Positions 55,283 through 64,000 of a stretch of 64,000 bases of DNA are shown piece after piece. The DNA lies in IMG/VR virus record IMGVR_UViG_3300045988_147571; one strand, given 5' to 3'. The notes under the pieces are model-generated. The model was not told the origin of the DNA, made no database searches, and was given only the letters and a program-made list of their open reading frames with translations. Every line of letters starts with the position of its first letter. The stretch's first letter is position 1. Source of the DNA: a virus. A program made the position numbers and the translations under genes.

Positions 55283-57983
55283 TATTAAAACTGGTGATAT
55301 TTTAAACTTTGGTTATACTGGTGCTGTTCAGAGTGTAACATTGCCTAAAGGAACATATAAATTGGAGTGTTGGGGCGCTCAGGGTGGAAATAGCAATCAA
55401 TCAAACGGAACTTATGGTAATGGTGGAAAAGGTGGATATTCTACTGGTATTTTAAATGTTTCAACTAATACCACTATATATATAACAGTAGGAGGGCAAG
55501 GTCAAAATGGTGCCCTTAATACTAGAACTGCTGGTGGTTTTAACGGTGGTGGTGATGGTTATGGTACTAACAACTCTGGCGTAGGTGGCGGAGGTGGTGG
55601 AGCTTCTGATATTTCTTTAATGCATCCTGTATTTTCACAGTCATCTTATTTTATAAATAAAATTCGAGATACAAACTCACTATTAAGTAGAATTATCGTA
55701 GCAGGTGGCGGAGGATCTGCAGGATATGATGTTAGTAATAATGCAGCTAATGGTGGTGCTGGCGGAGGTACTACAGGACAAGATGGATTATCAAACCGCG
55801 TTTATCATGGCACTGGCGGAAAACAAACTACTTTTGGTACAGGAGGATCATCAGAGGAATCTAATAGGTATTCCGTCCAAGCTAAATTCGGATGTGGAGC
55901 ATCAGCCAGTAATTCTACAGATGTAGCGCCTGGTGGAGGCGGTGGCTGGTATGGAGGTGGATTACATTGTGATTCTGCTGGTGGCGGTTCTGGTTATGTC
56001 TACACCTCTTCTACAGCCTCTAATTACCCATCAGGTTGTTTATTAAACTCTTCTTATTACTTAACCGATGCCAAAACCATAGCAGGCAATAATTCTTTTG
56101 TTTCTCCCACAGGTTCATCTGAAACCGGACACTCAGGCAATGGATATTGTCGAATTACTGTTATTAAATGTAAGAGTACTGCGCTATATACCAGAATAAA
56201 TAATTCAATGAAAAAGGCTATTGCTTTTTATTTTAAATTAAATAATAACAAAATGTACGGTGTTGGTTCTGCTAATTTTAATGGTACTGTTATGAATTTT
56301 GATTATACTGGTTCAGTTCAAACTGCTACATTGGCTCCTGGAACATATAAGTTAGAATGCTGGGGTGCTCAAGGCGGGAATTGCTATTGGAGTAGCGTGG
56401 AACGCCCTGGAAGTTTAGGCGGGTATAGTTCGGGCATTTTAAAAATCACTTCTAAAACAAATTTATTTTGTTACGTTGGTGGCGCCGGTGAAAGACGGAC
56501 AATTGTTTCGATGGGTGGTGGTGGCTTCAATGGTGGAGGTCATGCATATAGTTATACATCTTCTAATCCGTCAGGAGCTGGTGGAGGAGGTTCAGATATA
56601 AGGATTGGAACCGATTCTCTATATTCAAGAGTTATCGTAGCAGGTGGAGGAGGCGGAGCAGGATATGATAATTCTGGAAATTATGGGTATGGTGGAGGAA
56701 CAGTTGGGGGCACTCAAACTGTTAACAGTAATTCCGAACGACAGGCAAATGGTGGTTCTCAAACTAACGGTGGTATAAATAAATCTGGATATACTACTTC
56801 AGGAGCTTTTGGTGTCGGAGGAAATGGAACTCAACAATGGACTTCCGGCGGCGGTGGCGGCTGGTATGGAGGAGCTGGTTGTTACTGTGATTATGCTGGC
56901 GGAGGTTCAGGTTATGTATATACTTCATCTACAGCTAAAAACTATCCATCTGGATGTTTGTTAAACTCTTCTTACTATCTCACTAATGCTTCTACTATTG
57001 CTGGCAACAAATCATTCCCTTCTCCTACAGGTTCTACAGAAACAGGACACTCAGGTAACGGCTATGTAAGAATCACTAAATTAACAGATGTAATATATCT
57101 CACTCATGCTAATAACGACATAATGAATTTTGATTACACAGGTTCCACACAATCTAAAACTCTAAAACCAGGTACATATACAATAGAATGCTGGGGTGGC
57201 CAAGGAGGAAGTTATAGTAGTTACATAGGCGGATACGGTGGTTATTCCAAAGGCACAATTACTCTTACTAAGGTGACTACTGTTTATGTGTCTGTTGGCG
57301 GAGCTGGATCTTCCTCTTCTACTACTGCAGGATTCAATGGTGGAGGAGCTGGTATTTCTTCTGGTAGAGGTGGCGGCGGCGCCACAGATGTTCGTATAGG
57401 TCAAAATTCTCTATATTCAAGAGTTATCGTGGCTGGGGGCGGAGGAGGCGCTGGAGTTACAGGTGCTAATGTTAATCCTTGTGGTTGTGGCGGTGGAGAA
57501 TATGGTGGAGATGGCTATAATAATAATACCACTGGTTCCTATACTACTGGTCAAAACAGATCTGGTGGTAGCGCTTCTCAAACTGCAGGTGGAATAACTT
57601 GGAATACAGGCGCTCAGGCTACTTTTGGTCAAGGCGGAAATGCTTCTGGCTACTCTTGTGGAGGAGGTGGTGGCGGCTGGTACGGTGGAGGCGGTGCATA
57701 TGATAGTGACTCTGACTCTGATGGACGTTGGGGTGGAGGTGGATCTGGATATGTTTATACCTCTTCTACAGCTAAAAATTATCCTAACGGATGCCTACTC
57801 AATTCCACTTATTATTTAACGAATGCTCAAACAATAGCCGGAAACACTTCTTTCACTTCTCCTACAGGATCAGCAGAAACTGGACATACAGGTAACGGAT
57901 TCTGCAGAATTACAAATTTGAACCCAACACAATATGGATTATACGTAAAAACTAACTCAGGTTGGAAACACATAGATTTATAA
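55275..57983 (+). CDS. protein with three tandem glycine-rich-domain (GRD) modules
   Basis: Three copies of about 270-290 aa. Each reads NFDYTG..Q..TL.PGTYKLECWGAQGG ... GGFNGGG ... GGGGGASDIR ... SRVIVAGGGGGAG ... GGGGGWYGG ... GGGSGYVYTSS ... GHSGNGYCRIT. Confidence 0.7.
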   Translation: MSNIKTGDILNFGYTGAVQSVTLPKGTYKLECWGAQGGNSNQSNGTYGNGGKGGYSTGILNVSTNTTIYITVGGQGQNGALNTRTAGGFNGGGDGYGTNNSGVGGGGGGASDISLMHPVFSQSSYFINKIRDTNSLLSRIIVAGGGGSAGYDVSNNAANGGAGGGTTGQDGLSNRVYHGTGGKQTTFGTGGSSEESNRYSVQAKFGCGASASNSTDVAPGGGGGWYGGGLHCDSAGGGSGYVYTSSTASNYPSGCLLNSSYYLTDAKTIAGNNSFVSPTGSSETGHSGNGYCRITVIKCKSTALYTRINNSMKKAIAFYFKLNNNKMYGVGSANFNGTVMNFDYTGSVQTATLAPGTYKLECWGAQGGNCYWSSVERPGSLGGYSSGILKITSKTNLFCYVGGAGERRTIVSMGGGGFNGGGHAYSYTSSNPSGAGGGGSDIRIGTDSLYSRVIVAGGGGGAGYDNSGNYGYGGGTVGGTQTVNSNSERQANGGSQTNGGINKSGYTTSGAFGVGGNGTQQWTSGGGGGWYGGAGCYCDYAGGGSGYVYTSSTAKNYPSGCLLNSSYYLTNASTIAGNKSFPSPTGSTETGHSGNGYVRITKLTDVIYLTHANNDIMNFDYTGSTQSKTLKPGTYTIECWGGQGGSYSSYIGGYGGYSKGTITLTKVTTVYVSVGGAGSSSSTTAGFNGGGAGISSGRGGGGATDVRIGQNSLYSRVIVAGGGGGAGVTGANVNPCGCGGGEYGGDGYNNNTTGSYTTGQNRSGGSASQTAGGITWNTGAQATFGQGGNASGYSCGGGGGGWYGGGGAYDSDSDSDGRWGGGGSGYVYTSSTAKNYPNGCLLNSTYYLTNAQTIAGNTSFTSPTGSAETGHTGNGFCRITNLNPTQYGLYVKTNSGWKHIDL

Positions 57984-57998
57984 AAGGAGGGCTTAACT

Positions 57999-58277
57999 AT
58001 GCCAATTATATTTCATGGAACAGGTAGTGGCGGCTCTGCTAAAAAACTAAAAACCGCACGAACTATTAATGGTACGAATTTTGATGGTACAGCTAATATT
58101 ACTACTTCTAGTTGGGGAACAACAAGAACCGTTACTGTAGGAAATACAAGTAAATCTGTAAATGGTTCTGGAAATGTAAGTTGGTCTATGGATGAAATAG
58201 GTATTCATGTGTCTAGTTCTGAGCCTACTGCTTCTCAGGGAAAGAATGGTGATATTTGGATTGTTTATGATAGTTAA
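57999..58277 (+). CDS. small fibre or adaptor protein
   Basis: FDGTANIT motif. The C-terminus SSSEPTASQGKNGDIWIVYDS is paralogous to the end of 54740-55282. Confidence 0.45.
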   Translation: MPIIFHGTGSGGSAKKLKTARTINGTNFDGTANITTSSWGTTRTVTVGNTSKSVNGSGNVSWSMDEIGIHVSSSEPTASQGKNGDIWIVYDS

Positions 58278-58288
58278 AAATAGAAAGG

Positions 58289-60697
58289 ATGGTGAGAGTT
58301 ATGGCTTGTAGTTCTGGATGCGGTACAAGTTGCTCTACGAATTGTTCTACTACTTCGTCTGGAAACTGCGGTGGATGTGGTACTGCGTGTTCTACAAGTT
58401 GCCAAACCACTGCTAGTGGTCAAAGTTGTAGTGGATGTGGAACATTGTGCTCAAGTAGTTGTGGTGATAGTTGTCATGGCACCTGTAGCGGTAGTTGCGT
58501 CGGTACTTGTAGTGATACCTGCACCGCTGGTTGTAACACTACTTGTTATTATACTTGCACCGGCACTTGTGATAGCACTTGTTCTGCAAGTTGCGCAAAT
58601 GATTGTTCCGGTACTTGCTCAGGAGGCTGTCAAGGTTGTACTGCTTCATGTCAAAATGATTGTTCTGGTTGTTCTGGTTGCGGAGGATCTTGTTCACACA
58701 GCTGTTCAGGCGATTGCGAAGGCGGCTGTTACGGATCATGCAATACTACTTGTACCGCTGATTGTCAAAATGACTGTAGCTCTGGATGTAATGATGGATG
58801 TAAAGATTCTTGCAAAAACACTTGTAAAGATACATGTACCGGTACATGCGTAGGCGGATGCGGTGCTTCTTGTGATAATACCTGTAACACTGGATGTGAA
58901 AACTCTTGTAGCTCTAATTGCACATCATTATGTAGCATAGCTGGTACTTATGGTGAATCAGAAACCAATATATTAAACTTTGATTACACTGGTGCTGTTC
59001 AGAGTGTAACATTGAAACCCGGGAGATATGTGCTTGAATGTTGGGGTGCTCAAGGTGGTAATGGATGTACGGGAAATTCATATAAAGGCGGTGCCGGAGG
59101 ATATTCCAAAGGTACTCTCACACTAGCCAAAACAGAAACTTTATACATATATGTTGGTGGACAAGGAGTTAGCGCTGCAGCTTCTGGCAATGGAAATATT
59201 CGAGAAGGTGGATTCAACGGTGGTGGATCTGGACGTGATTGGGGTAGTACTGGTCATGGCGGTGGCGGAGGTGGTGGCGCCTCTGATATTCGAATTATAA
59301 CTGATAGCTTCTATGCTCGTGTTATAGTCGCCGGCGCTGGTGGTGGAGCTTCTGATAATGGAGCAGGCGGTGCTGGCGGCGGCACTTCTGGGATTTCATC
59401 ATCCTCTTCCGCTGGAACAGCAACTGGAGGCAGCGGTTTTGGTCAAGCGGCGGCATCAAGTTGCACTTCCTATGAATGTGGTGGCGGTGGCGGTGGCTGG
59501 TATGGCGGCTATGGCGGATCTTCAGAAAACTATCCTGGCGGTGGTGGATCAGGTTACGTATATACATCTTCTTCTGCTTCTAACTACCCTTCTGGGTGTC
59601 TCTTAAATTCTTCATACTATCTCACCGATGCTCAAACCATTGCAGGAAATCAAACTTTTAAATCACCTACCAATACAAATGAAACGGGTCATTATGGTAA
59701 TGGCTATTGTCGAATTACATGTTATGTTCCTAAGAAATCATATTTCTGCAAAGTGGGTAATACTATAAAACAATCTCCTGTTGTAATTGCAAAAGCAAAT
59801 AATAAATTATTCGACACAGGAGCCGCAGTAATGAATCTTAGTTATACAGGAACTTCTCAAAATGTAGTCCTTCCAGCAGGTACGTATAAATTTGAATGCT
59901 GGGGAGCACAGGGAGGTTATAGATCATCTTCTACTTATGGCGGTAAAGGTGGTTACTCCGTCGGAACTATTACGCTTACACAAACAACTAATCTATTTGT
60001 ATATGTTGGAGGTTCAGGTAACTCTGCTACTGCTTATACTAATGGTATATATGCTGGTGGATTTAACGGCGGTGGTTATAGATATGGATATAAAGGTGGC
60101 GGTGGTGCTACTGATATTCGTATTGGTAAAGATGATCTTTATGCAAGAATAATTGTTGCAGGCGGTGGAGGTTCTGATGGTGCTAGTAATAAAACAGGTA
60201 TGTATGGTGGAGGACTCGAAGGTGGAACTACTACTGAAAGTTGTGGTTCTGGTGGATATGGAGGAACACAAACAGGAAATACGTGGCTAACTACTACTCG
60301 AACCACTTCTGCTACATCTACTTCTAACTGTTATGCTGGATTTGGATTCGGCGGAAATGGATGTTATAGTTCTTCTGGCTATGCAGGTGCTGGCGGTGGA
60401 GGCTGGTATGGAGGTTCCGGTTCATATCCAGATGGCTCTGGCGATGATGACAGAGGAGGAGGCGGCGGCTCAGGTTATGTTTACACTGCAAAAACTGCTG
60501 CAAATTATCCTTCTGGAAATTACGTCAACTCTTCTTATTATCTCACTGACGCTTCCACTGTCGCAGGAAATCAATCATTTACTGCTCCAGATGGATCAAC
60601 TGAAACTGGTCATTCCGGTGATGGATTTTGTCGTATTACAAGGCTCAAAAATGCGACAGTATATGTAAAACAAAATAATGTATGGATCAAGAGCTAA
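58289..60697 (+). CDS. Cys-every-fourth-residue domain fused to two GRD modules
   Basis: The N-terminal 209 aa hold about 52 Cys, mostly C-x3-C. Two modules of the same family as 55275-57983 follow. An alternative start is ATG 58301. Confidence 0.7.
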   Translation: MVRVMACSSGCGTSCSTNCSTTSSGNCGGCGTACSTSCQTTASGQSCSGCGTLCSSSCGDSCHGTCSGSCVGTCSDTCTAGCNTTCYYTCTGTCDSTCSASCANDCSGTCSGGCQGCTASCQNDCSGCSGCGGSCSHSCSGDCEGGCYGSCNTTCTADCQNDCSSGCNDGCKDSCKNTCKDTCTGTCVGGCGASCDNTCNTGCENSCSSNCTSLCSIAGTYGESETNILNFDYTGAVQSVTLKPGRYVLECWGAQGGNGCTGNSYKGGAGGYSKGTLTLAKTETLYIYVGGQGVSAAASGNGNIREGGFNGGGSGRDWGSTGHGGGGGGGASDIRIITDSFYARVIVAGAGGGASDNGAGGAGGGTSGISSSSSAGTATGGSGFGQAAASSCTSYECGGGGGGWYGGYGGSSENYPGGGGSGYVYTSSSASNYPSGCLLNSSYYLTDAQTIAGNQTFKSPTNTNETGHYGNGYCRITCYVPKKSYFCKVGNTIKQSPVVIAKANNKLFDTGAAVMNLSYTGTSQNVVLPAGTYKFECWGAQGGYRSSSTYGGKGGYSVGTITLTQTTNLFVYVGGSGNSATAYTNGIYAGGFNGGGYRYGYKGGGGATDIRIGKDDLYARIIVAGGGGSDGASNKTGMYGGGLEGGTTTESCGSGGYGGTQTGNTWLTTTRTTSATSTSNCYAGFGFGGNGCYSSSGYAGAGGGGWYGGSGSYPDGSGDDDRGGGGGSGYVYTAKTAANYPSGNYVNSSYYLTDASTVAGNQSFTAPDGSTETGHSGDGFCRITRLKNATVYVKQNNVWIKS
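58307..58933 (+). repeat. protein-level C-x3-C periodic low-complexity region
   Basis: CSSGCGTSCSTNC...CKDSCKNTCKDTCTGTCVGGCGASCDNTCNTGCENSCSSNCTSLC. Codons are degenerate, so it is not a clean DNA tandem repeat. Confidence 0.9.
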
Positions 60698-60716
60698 GGA
60701 AACTTAGCTCTTATTT
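60691..60716 (+). terminator. Rho-independent terminator or attenuating hairpin
   Basis: GAGCTAAG-GAAA-CTTAGCTC hairpin followed by TTATTT. Confidence 0.6.
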
Positions 60717-60735
60717 AAATTAAGGAGGATTTTCT

Positions 60736-61107
60736 ATGAAACTTATTTTAAAAGACAATACTGAAATTACAGTAACTCGTATGAACAATACTTATGCATA
60801 CGAAAATTTCGTAGATGGTATGGGTTATGACATGAATAAAAATATTTCTGCAAGTTTTACTATTTTCGACTCCGATAAAAGCTTTGAAGAATTAAAAACT
60901 ATTTTATCAGGAGAAAATAGAGAAGGATTTAGACTTGCTTATGGCGTAACAGAAAAAGATTTCCCAGGAATGAAAATCGAATCTATTTCTGAGGATATTG
61001 CCAATGATAGAAGTATTATCACAATTTCTATGAATGGAACTAAAGTAGAAGAAAAAACAGAGAACTCAGCTACAGATGCTGAAAAAGATACAAATAAAGA
61101 AGTTTAA
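60736..61107 (+). CDS. hypothetical protein (123 aa)
   Basis: RBS AAGGAGGA. First gene of the radical SAM operon. Confidence 0.45.
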   Translation: MKLILKDNTEITVTRMNNTYAYENFVDGMGYDMNKNISASFTIFDSDKSFEELKTILSGENREGFRLAYGVTEKDFPGMKIESISEDIANDRSIITISMNGTKVEEKTENSATDAEKDTNKEV

Positions 61108-61141
61108 TTAGTCAACAAAGGATAGAAAGGAATAAACAGAT

Positions 61142-61471
61142 ATGAGAAGAATTATTGTAAAAATTGATCGTGACAAAGCAGTTGAACTTGAAAGAGTTAA
61201 CTTTGAATTAAGTTTTACAAAGGATGTTATACAAAGACTTATTGAGTCCCATCCGAATGATACAGAGCTTATTAATGGAGAAGTATTCCAGAAATATAAT
61301 CGTCAGGGCGCAGAACTTCAGGCTAAATACTCTCTCCTTGCTGCCGAAATTGAAAGAGAATATATCCCTGAGAAATTAAAAGGTCATAAGTATACATGGA
61401 ATATTCCTAATGGTACAAATGACTTTATAATTGATATTCAGTGTAATTGTGAAATCGAGGGAATTGAATGA
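61142..61471 (+). CDS. hypothetical protein translationally coupled to the radical SAM enzyme
   Basis: ATGA stop/start overlap with 61468. The C-terminus is DIQCNCEIEGIE. Confidence 0.45.
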   Translation: MRRIIVKIDRDKAVELERVNFELSFTKDVIQRLIESHPNDTELINGEVFQKYNRQGAELQAKYSLLAAEIEREYIPEKLKGHKYTWNIPNGTNDFIIDIQCNCEIEGIE

Positions 61472-62802
61472 GAAAACATGAACAATATTCTGATCAGATA
61501 GCTAGGTTGTATCCGCCAGAGAAGCCTGAGACCGATGACGGACAACGAATTTTAACTCAAAGCGTTACTTTTCAAGTAACTGATGATTGCAATCTCGCAT
61601 GCAAATATTGTTATCAAACCTGCAGAAATAAGCGTTCGATGTCATTTGAAACTGCAAAGAAATTTGCTGATTTAATTATTTCAGGAGATAAAGGCTTTTC
61701 TAAGTATATCAACCCAGAGAAATCTCCAGGATTAGTTGTGGATTTTATTGGAGGAGAACCTTTTCTTGAAATAGAATTGATTGACCAGATTTGCACATAT
61801 ATCATGGATCGATTGATAGAACTTGATCATCCATGGGCCATGAAAACTAAATTTTCTATATGTTCTAATGGTACTCTTTATAGAGAACCTAAAGTGCAGG
61901 ATTTCTTACGTAAATGGGCCAATAGATTATCTTTTTCAGTCACTATAGATGGTAACAAGGAATTACATGATTCTTGTAGAGTATTCCCTGATGGAAGTCC
62001 AAGTTATGATCTTGCAGTTGATGCAGCTACAGACTGGATGAAAAAAGGTTATTATATGGGAAGTAAGATTACTATAGCTCCTGGCAATATAAGTTATCTT
62101 TATGATGCAATAGTTCATATGACAGAACTTGGCTATAATGAAATTAATGCTAACTGTGTATTTGAAGAGGGATGGACTACTATGCATGCTACTGTTCTTT
62201 ATGATCAAATGAAACGTATATCTGATTATTTCTTAGAAAAAGATTATGATTTCGAACATGACTTTTTCTGCTCTTTATATAATGATGATTTCTTTAAACC
62301 AAAAGATGTGGCAGAGATTCAAAATTGGTGCGGTGGGACAGGTTCCGCTATGATTTCATGTGATCCTGATGGACATATTTTTCCTTGCATCAGATATATG
62401 GAATCTTCTCTTAATGGACAACAAGAACCTTATTCTATTGGAGATGTAGATAATGGGATAGGCTACTGTGATTGTTATAAATGCAGACTTAATTGCCTTA
62501 ATTCTATTGATCGTAGAACTCAGAGTACAGATGAGTGCTTCTACTGCCCTATTGCAGAAGGCTGTGCATGGTGTTCAGCTTACAACTATCAAGTATTTGG
62601 AACTCCGGATAAAAGAGCGACATTTATCTGTGTTATGCACAAAGCTCGTGCTTTAGGTAATTATTACTTCTGGAATAAATATTATAGAAAACATGATCTG
62701 AAAAAACGTATGGAGATTTTTGTGCCTGATGAATGGGCACTTGAGATTATCTCTGAATCAGAACTTAATATGTTGAAAGAATTGGAAAGAGAGGACGATT
62801 AG
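61468..62802 (+). CDS. radical SAM enzyme with SPASM domain (anSME or peptide-maturase family)
   Basis: CxxxCxxC in DDCNLACKYCY. SPASM-type motifs WCGGTGSAMISCDPDGHIFPC and CFYCPIAEGCAWC. Confidence 0.85.
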   Translation: MRKHEQYSDQIARLYPPEKPETDDGQRILTQSVTFQVTDDCNLACKYCYQTCRNKRSMSFETAKKFADLIISGDKGFSKYINPEKSPGLVVDFIGGEPFLEIELIDQICTYIMDRLIELDHPWAMKTKFSICSNGTLYREPKVQDFLRKWANRLSFSVTIDGNKELHDSCRVFPDGSPSYDLAVDAATDWMKKGYYMGSKITIAPGNISYLYDAIVHMTELGYNEINANCVFEEGWTTMHATVLYDQMKRISDYFLEKDYDFEHDFFCSLYNDDFFKPKDVAEIQNWCGGTGSAMISCDPDGHIFPCIRYMESSLNGQQEPYSIGDVDNGIGYCDCYKCRLNCLNSIDRRTQSTDECFYCPIAEGCAWCSAYNYQVFGTPDKRATFICVMHKARALGNYYFWNKYYRKHDLKKRMEIFVPDEWALEIISESELNMLKELEREDD

Positions 62803-62816
62803 TCCTCTCTCTTTTT
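62788..62816 (+). terminator. Rho-independent terminator
   Basis: AGAGAGGAC-GATTA-GTCCTCTCT hairpin followed by CTTTTT. Confidence 0.7.
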
Positions 62817-62902
62817 AATATCCATAGTCTATATTTACATTTCTATTTTAAGAACAATCAGTTCTTATCTTTAATTCACATCTACGAAGGAGGCTTGATA
62901 TT

Positions 62903-64000
62903 ATGACAGAAATCAAAGGTATTGATGTTTCCCGTTGGAACGGAACAATTGATTGGAAAACTGTTGCTAATTATGGCATGGGCTTTGCTATCCTAAGAAT
63001 CACAGAAAAAGGAAATATTGTTGATAGCACATTCGAACCAAACTACAAAGGCTGCATTGAGAATAAGATTCCTGTTGGAGTCTATAAATACAGCTATGCT
63101 ACTACTATTGCTCAGATTGAAGATGAAGCAAATGTAGTTATTAAAACATTGAATAAAAGAAAACTGGATTATCCAGTATTTCTTGATATAGAGGATAAAT
63201 GTCAGGAGAATTTATCTGACAGTTTAATGATGAAAATGATTGAAACGTTTAGAGCTATTATTGTCAAAGCTGGATATAAATTTGGTATTTATTGCGGTTA
63301 TTCTTGGTATCAGAACCAGTTACCAGAGGGCGCGAAAAAGTACGATTGCTGGGTTGCTCGATATCCTAATAATGATACCGGTGAATTACAGGAAAGATTA
63401 AGAGTTCCTGCTTCTACTGGTGTTATTGGATGGCAATATTCTAGTAAGGCAACCATTCCTGGAATGCCAACAAAAACCGATCGAAGTGTATTCTATAAAG
63501 ACTATTCTAAATCTTCTACTACTTCTACAAACTCTCCCAAACCAACAACTACACAAGGAAGTGATGCTATGAACAAAGAAAAGGCTATTGATGCTCTTAT
63601 TGCTTGCGCTGAAAATGAGGTTGGATATTTAGAAAAGAAATCTAACTCTCAGCTTGATGATAAGACTGCAAATGCGGGTTATAATAACTATACTAAGTAC
63701 TGGAGAGACGTATATCCAGAATATCAGGGACAGGCATGGTGTGCTGCATTTGTGAGCTGGTGTATGATGAAAACATTCGGTCTTGAGACAGCTAAAAAGC
63801 TCCTTAAACATTGGCCTTATGTATATTGTCCTACTCTTGGAAATCTCTTTACAAAGTATGCAAATCCACAGCGAGGAGATATTGTAATCTTCTATCGTAA
63901 TGGCACATTTACACATACAGGATTAGTTACTAAAGTTGAAGGGGATAAGTTCTACACAATTGAAGGTAATACCTCAGGAGGATCTTCTATCGTTCCAAAT
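62903..64000 (+). CDS. endolysin, GH25 muramidase plus C-terminal CHAP/NlpC-like domain (partial, runs off window end)
   Basis: Not in the ORF track because it has no stop in the window. RBS GAAGGAGG. MTEIKGIDVSRWNGTIDWKTVANYGMGFAILRITEKG...FLDIED is a GH25 signature. After a Ser/Thr linker, QAWCAAFVSW...FTHTGLV...IEGNTSGG fits a Cys-His amidase or peptidase. Confidence 0.8.
   Translation, partial: MTEIKGIDVSRWNGTIDWKTVANYGMGFAILRITEKGNIVDSTFEPNYKGCIENKIPVGVYKYSYATTIAQIEDEANVVIKTLNKRKLDYPVFLDIEDKCQENLSDSLMMKMIETFRAIIVKAGYKFGIYCGYSWYQNQLPEGAKKYDCWVARYPNNDTGELQERLRVPASTGVIGWQYSSKATIPGMPTKTDRSVFYKDYSKSSTTSTNSPKPTTTQGSDAMNKEKAIDALIACAENEVGYLEKKSNSQLDDKTANAGYNNYTKYWRDVYPEYQGQAWCAAFVSWCMMKTFGLETAKKLLKHWPYVYCPTLGNLFTKYANPQRGDIVIFYRNGTFTHTGLVTKVEGDKFYTIEGNTSGGSSIVPN

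Noticed and set aside
58225-58853. Alternative-frame ORFs over the Cys-periodic region (58371-58853 plus, Val-rich; 58225-58410 and 58539-58739 minus).
   Set aside because: They are by-products of the 12-nt periodic TGY-NNN-NNN-NNN coding pattern. The Cys frame is continuous with the downstream GRD modules and has the RBS.
1-64000. CRISPR arrays, integrase or repressor genes, reverse transcriptase (a DGR acting on the repeated GRD modules), rRNA.
   Set aside because: There are no direct-repeat/spacer arrays and no recombinase, RT or rRNA-like sequence in any frame. The GRD paralogs are explained by duplication.

Overview
AT-rich, almost entirely plus-strand virion-morphogenesis and lysis region of a large siphovirus-type phage or prophage. 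No tail sheath gene is visible. The host is probably a low-GC anaerobic Firmicute, judging from AGGAGG-type ribosome-binding sites, a GH25+CHAP endolysin and a radical SAM enzyme. Gene order: free-standing GIY-YIG endonuclease, HU-like protein, 5 tRNAs, candidate small terminase, large terminase, portal, scaffold-like protein, small head protein, major capsid protein, head-tail joining genes, tail tube, chaperone-like pair, giant tape measure protein (TMP), Dit, a 2050-aa Tal, holin-like membrane proteins, several very large fibre or receptor-binding proteins, two proteins made of glycine-rich-domain modules, a radical SAM/SPASM operon, and an endolysin that runs off the window end. Self-splicing elements are unusually dense. 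(a) A LAGLIDADG intein with class-3 hallmarks sits in the terminase P-loop. (b) A group I intron with a GIY-YIG homing endonuclease splits the capsid gene. (c) A second group I intron splits the TMP gene. Both introns are supported by contiguous P1/P10 guide sequences that match the exon ends and give in-frame ligation. The top candidate for a new system is the TMP intron cargo. Instead of a sense-strand homing endonuclease, it holds an antisense three-gene cassette: a double zinc-ribbon protein, an Rx4H HEPN-like protein and a 36-aa Cys micro-ORF. A sigma-A-like promoter straddling the 3' splice site appears to drive it. The second candidate is a 209-residue domain with Cys at about every fourth position (about 52 Cys), fused to glycine-rich-domain modules, directly upstream of the radical SAM/SPASM operon. 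It may be a thioether-stapled or otherwise modified virion fibre. All functional calls rest on motifs read by eye and on gene order; no database search was possible.
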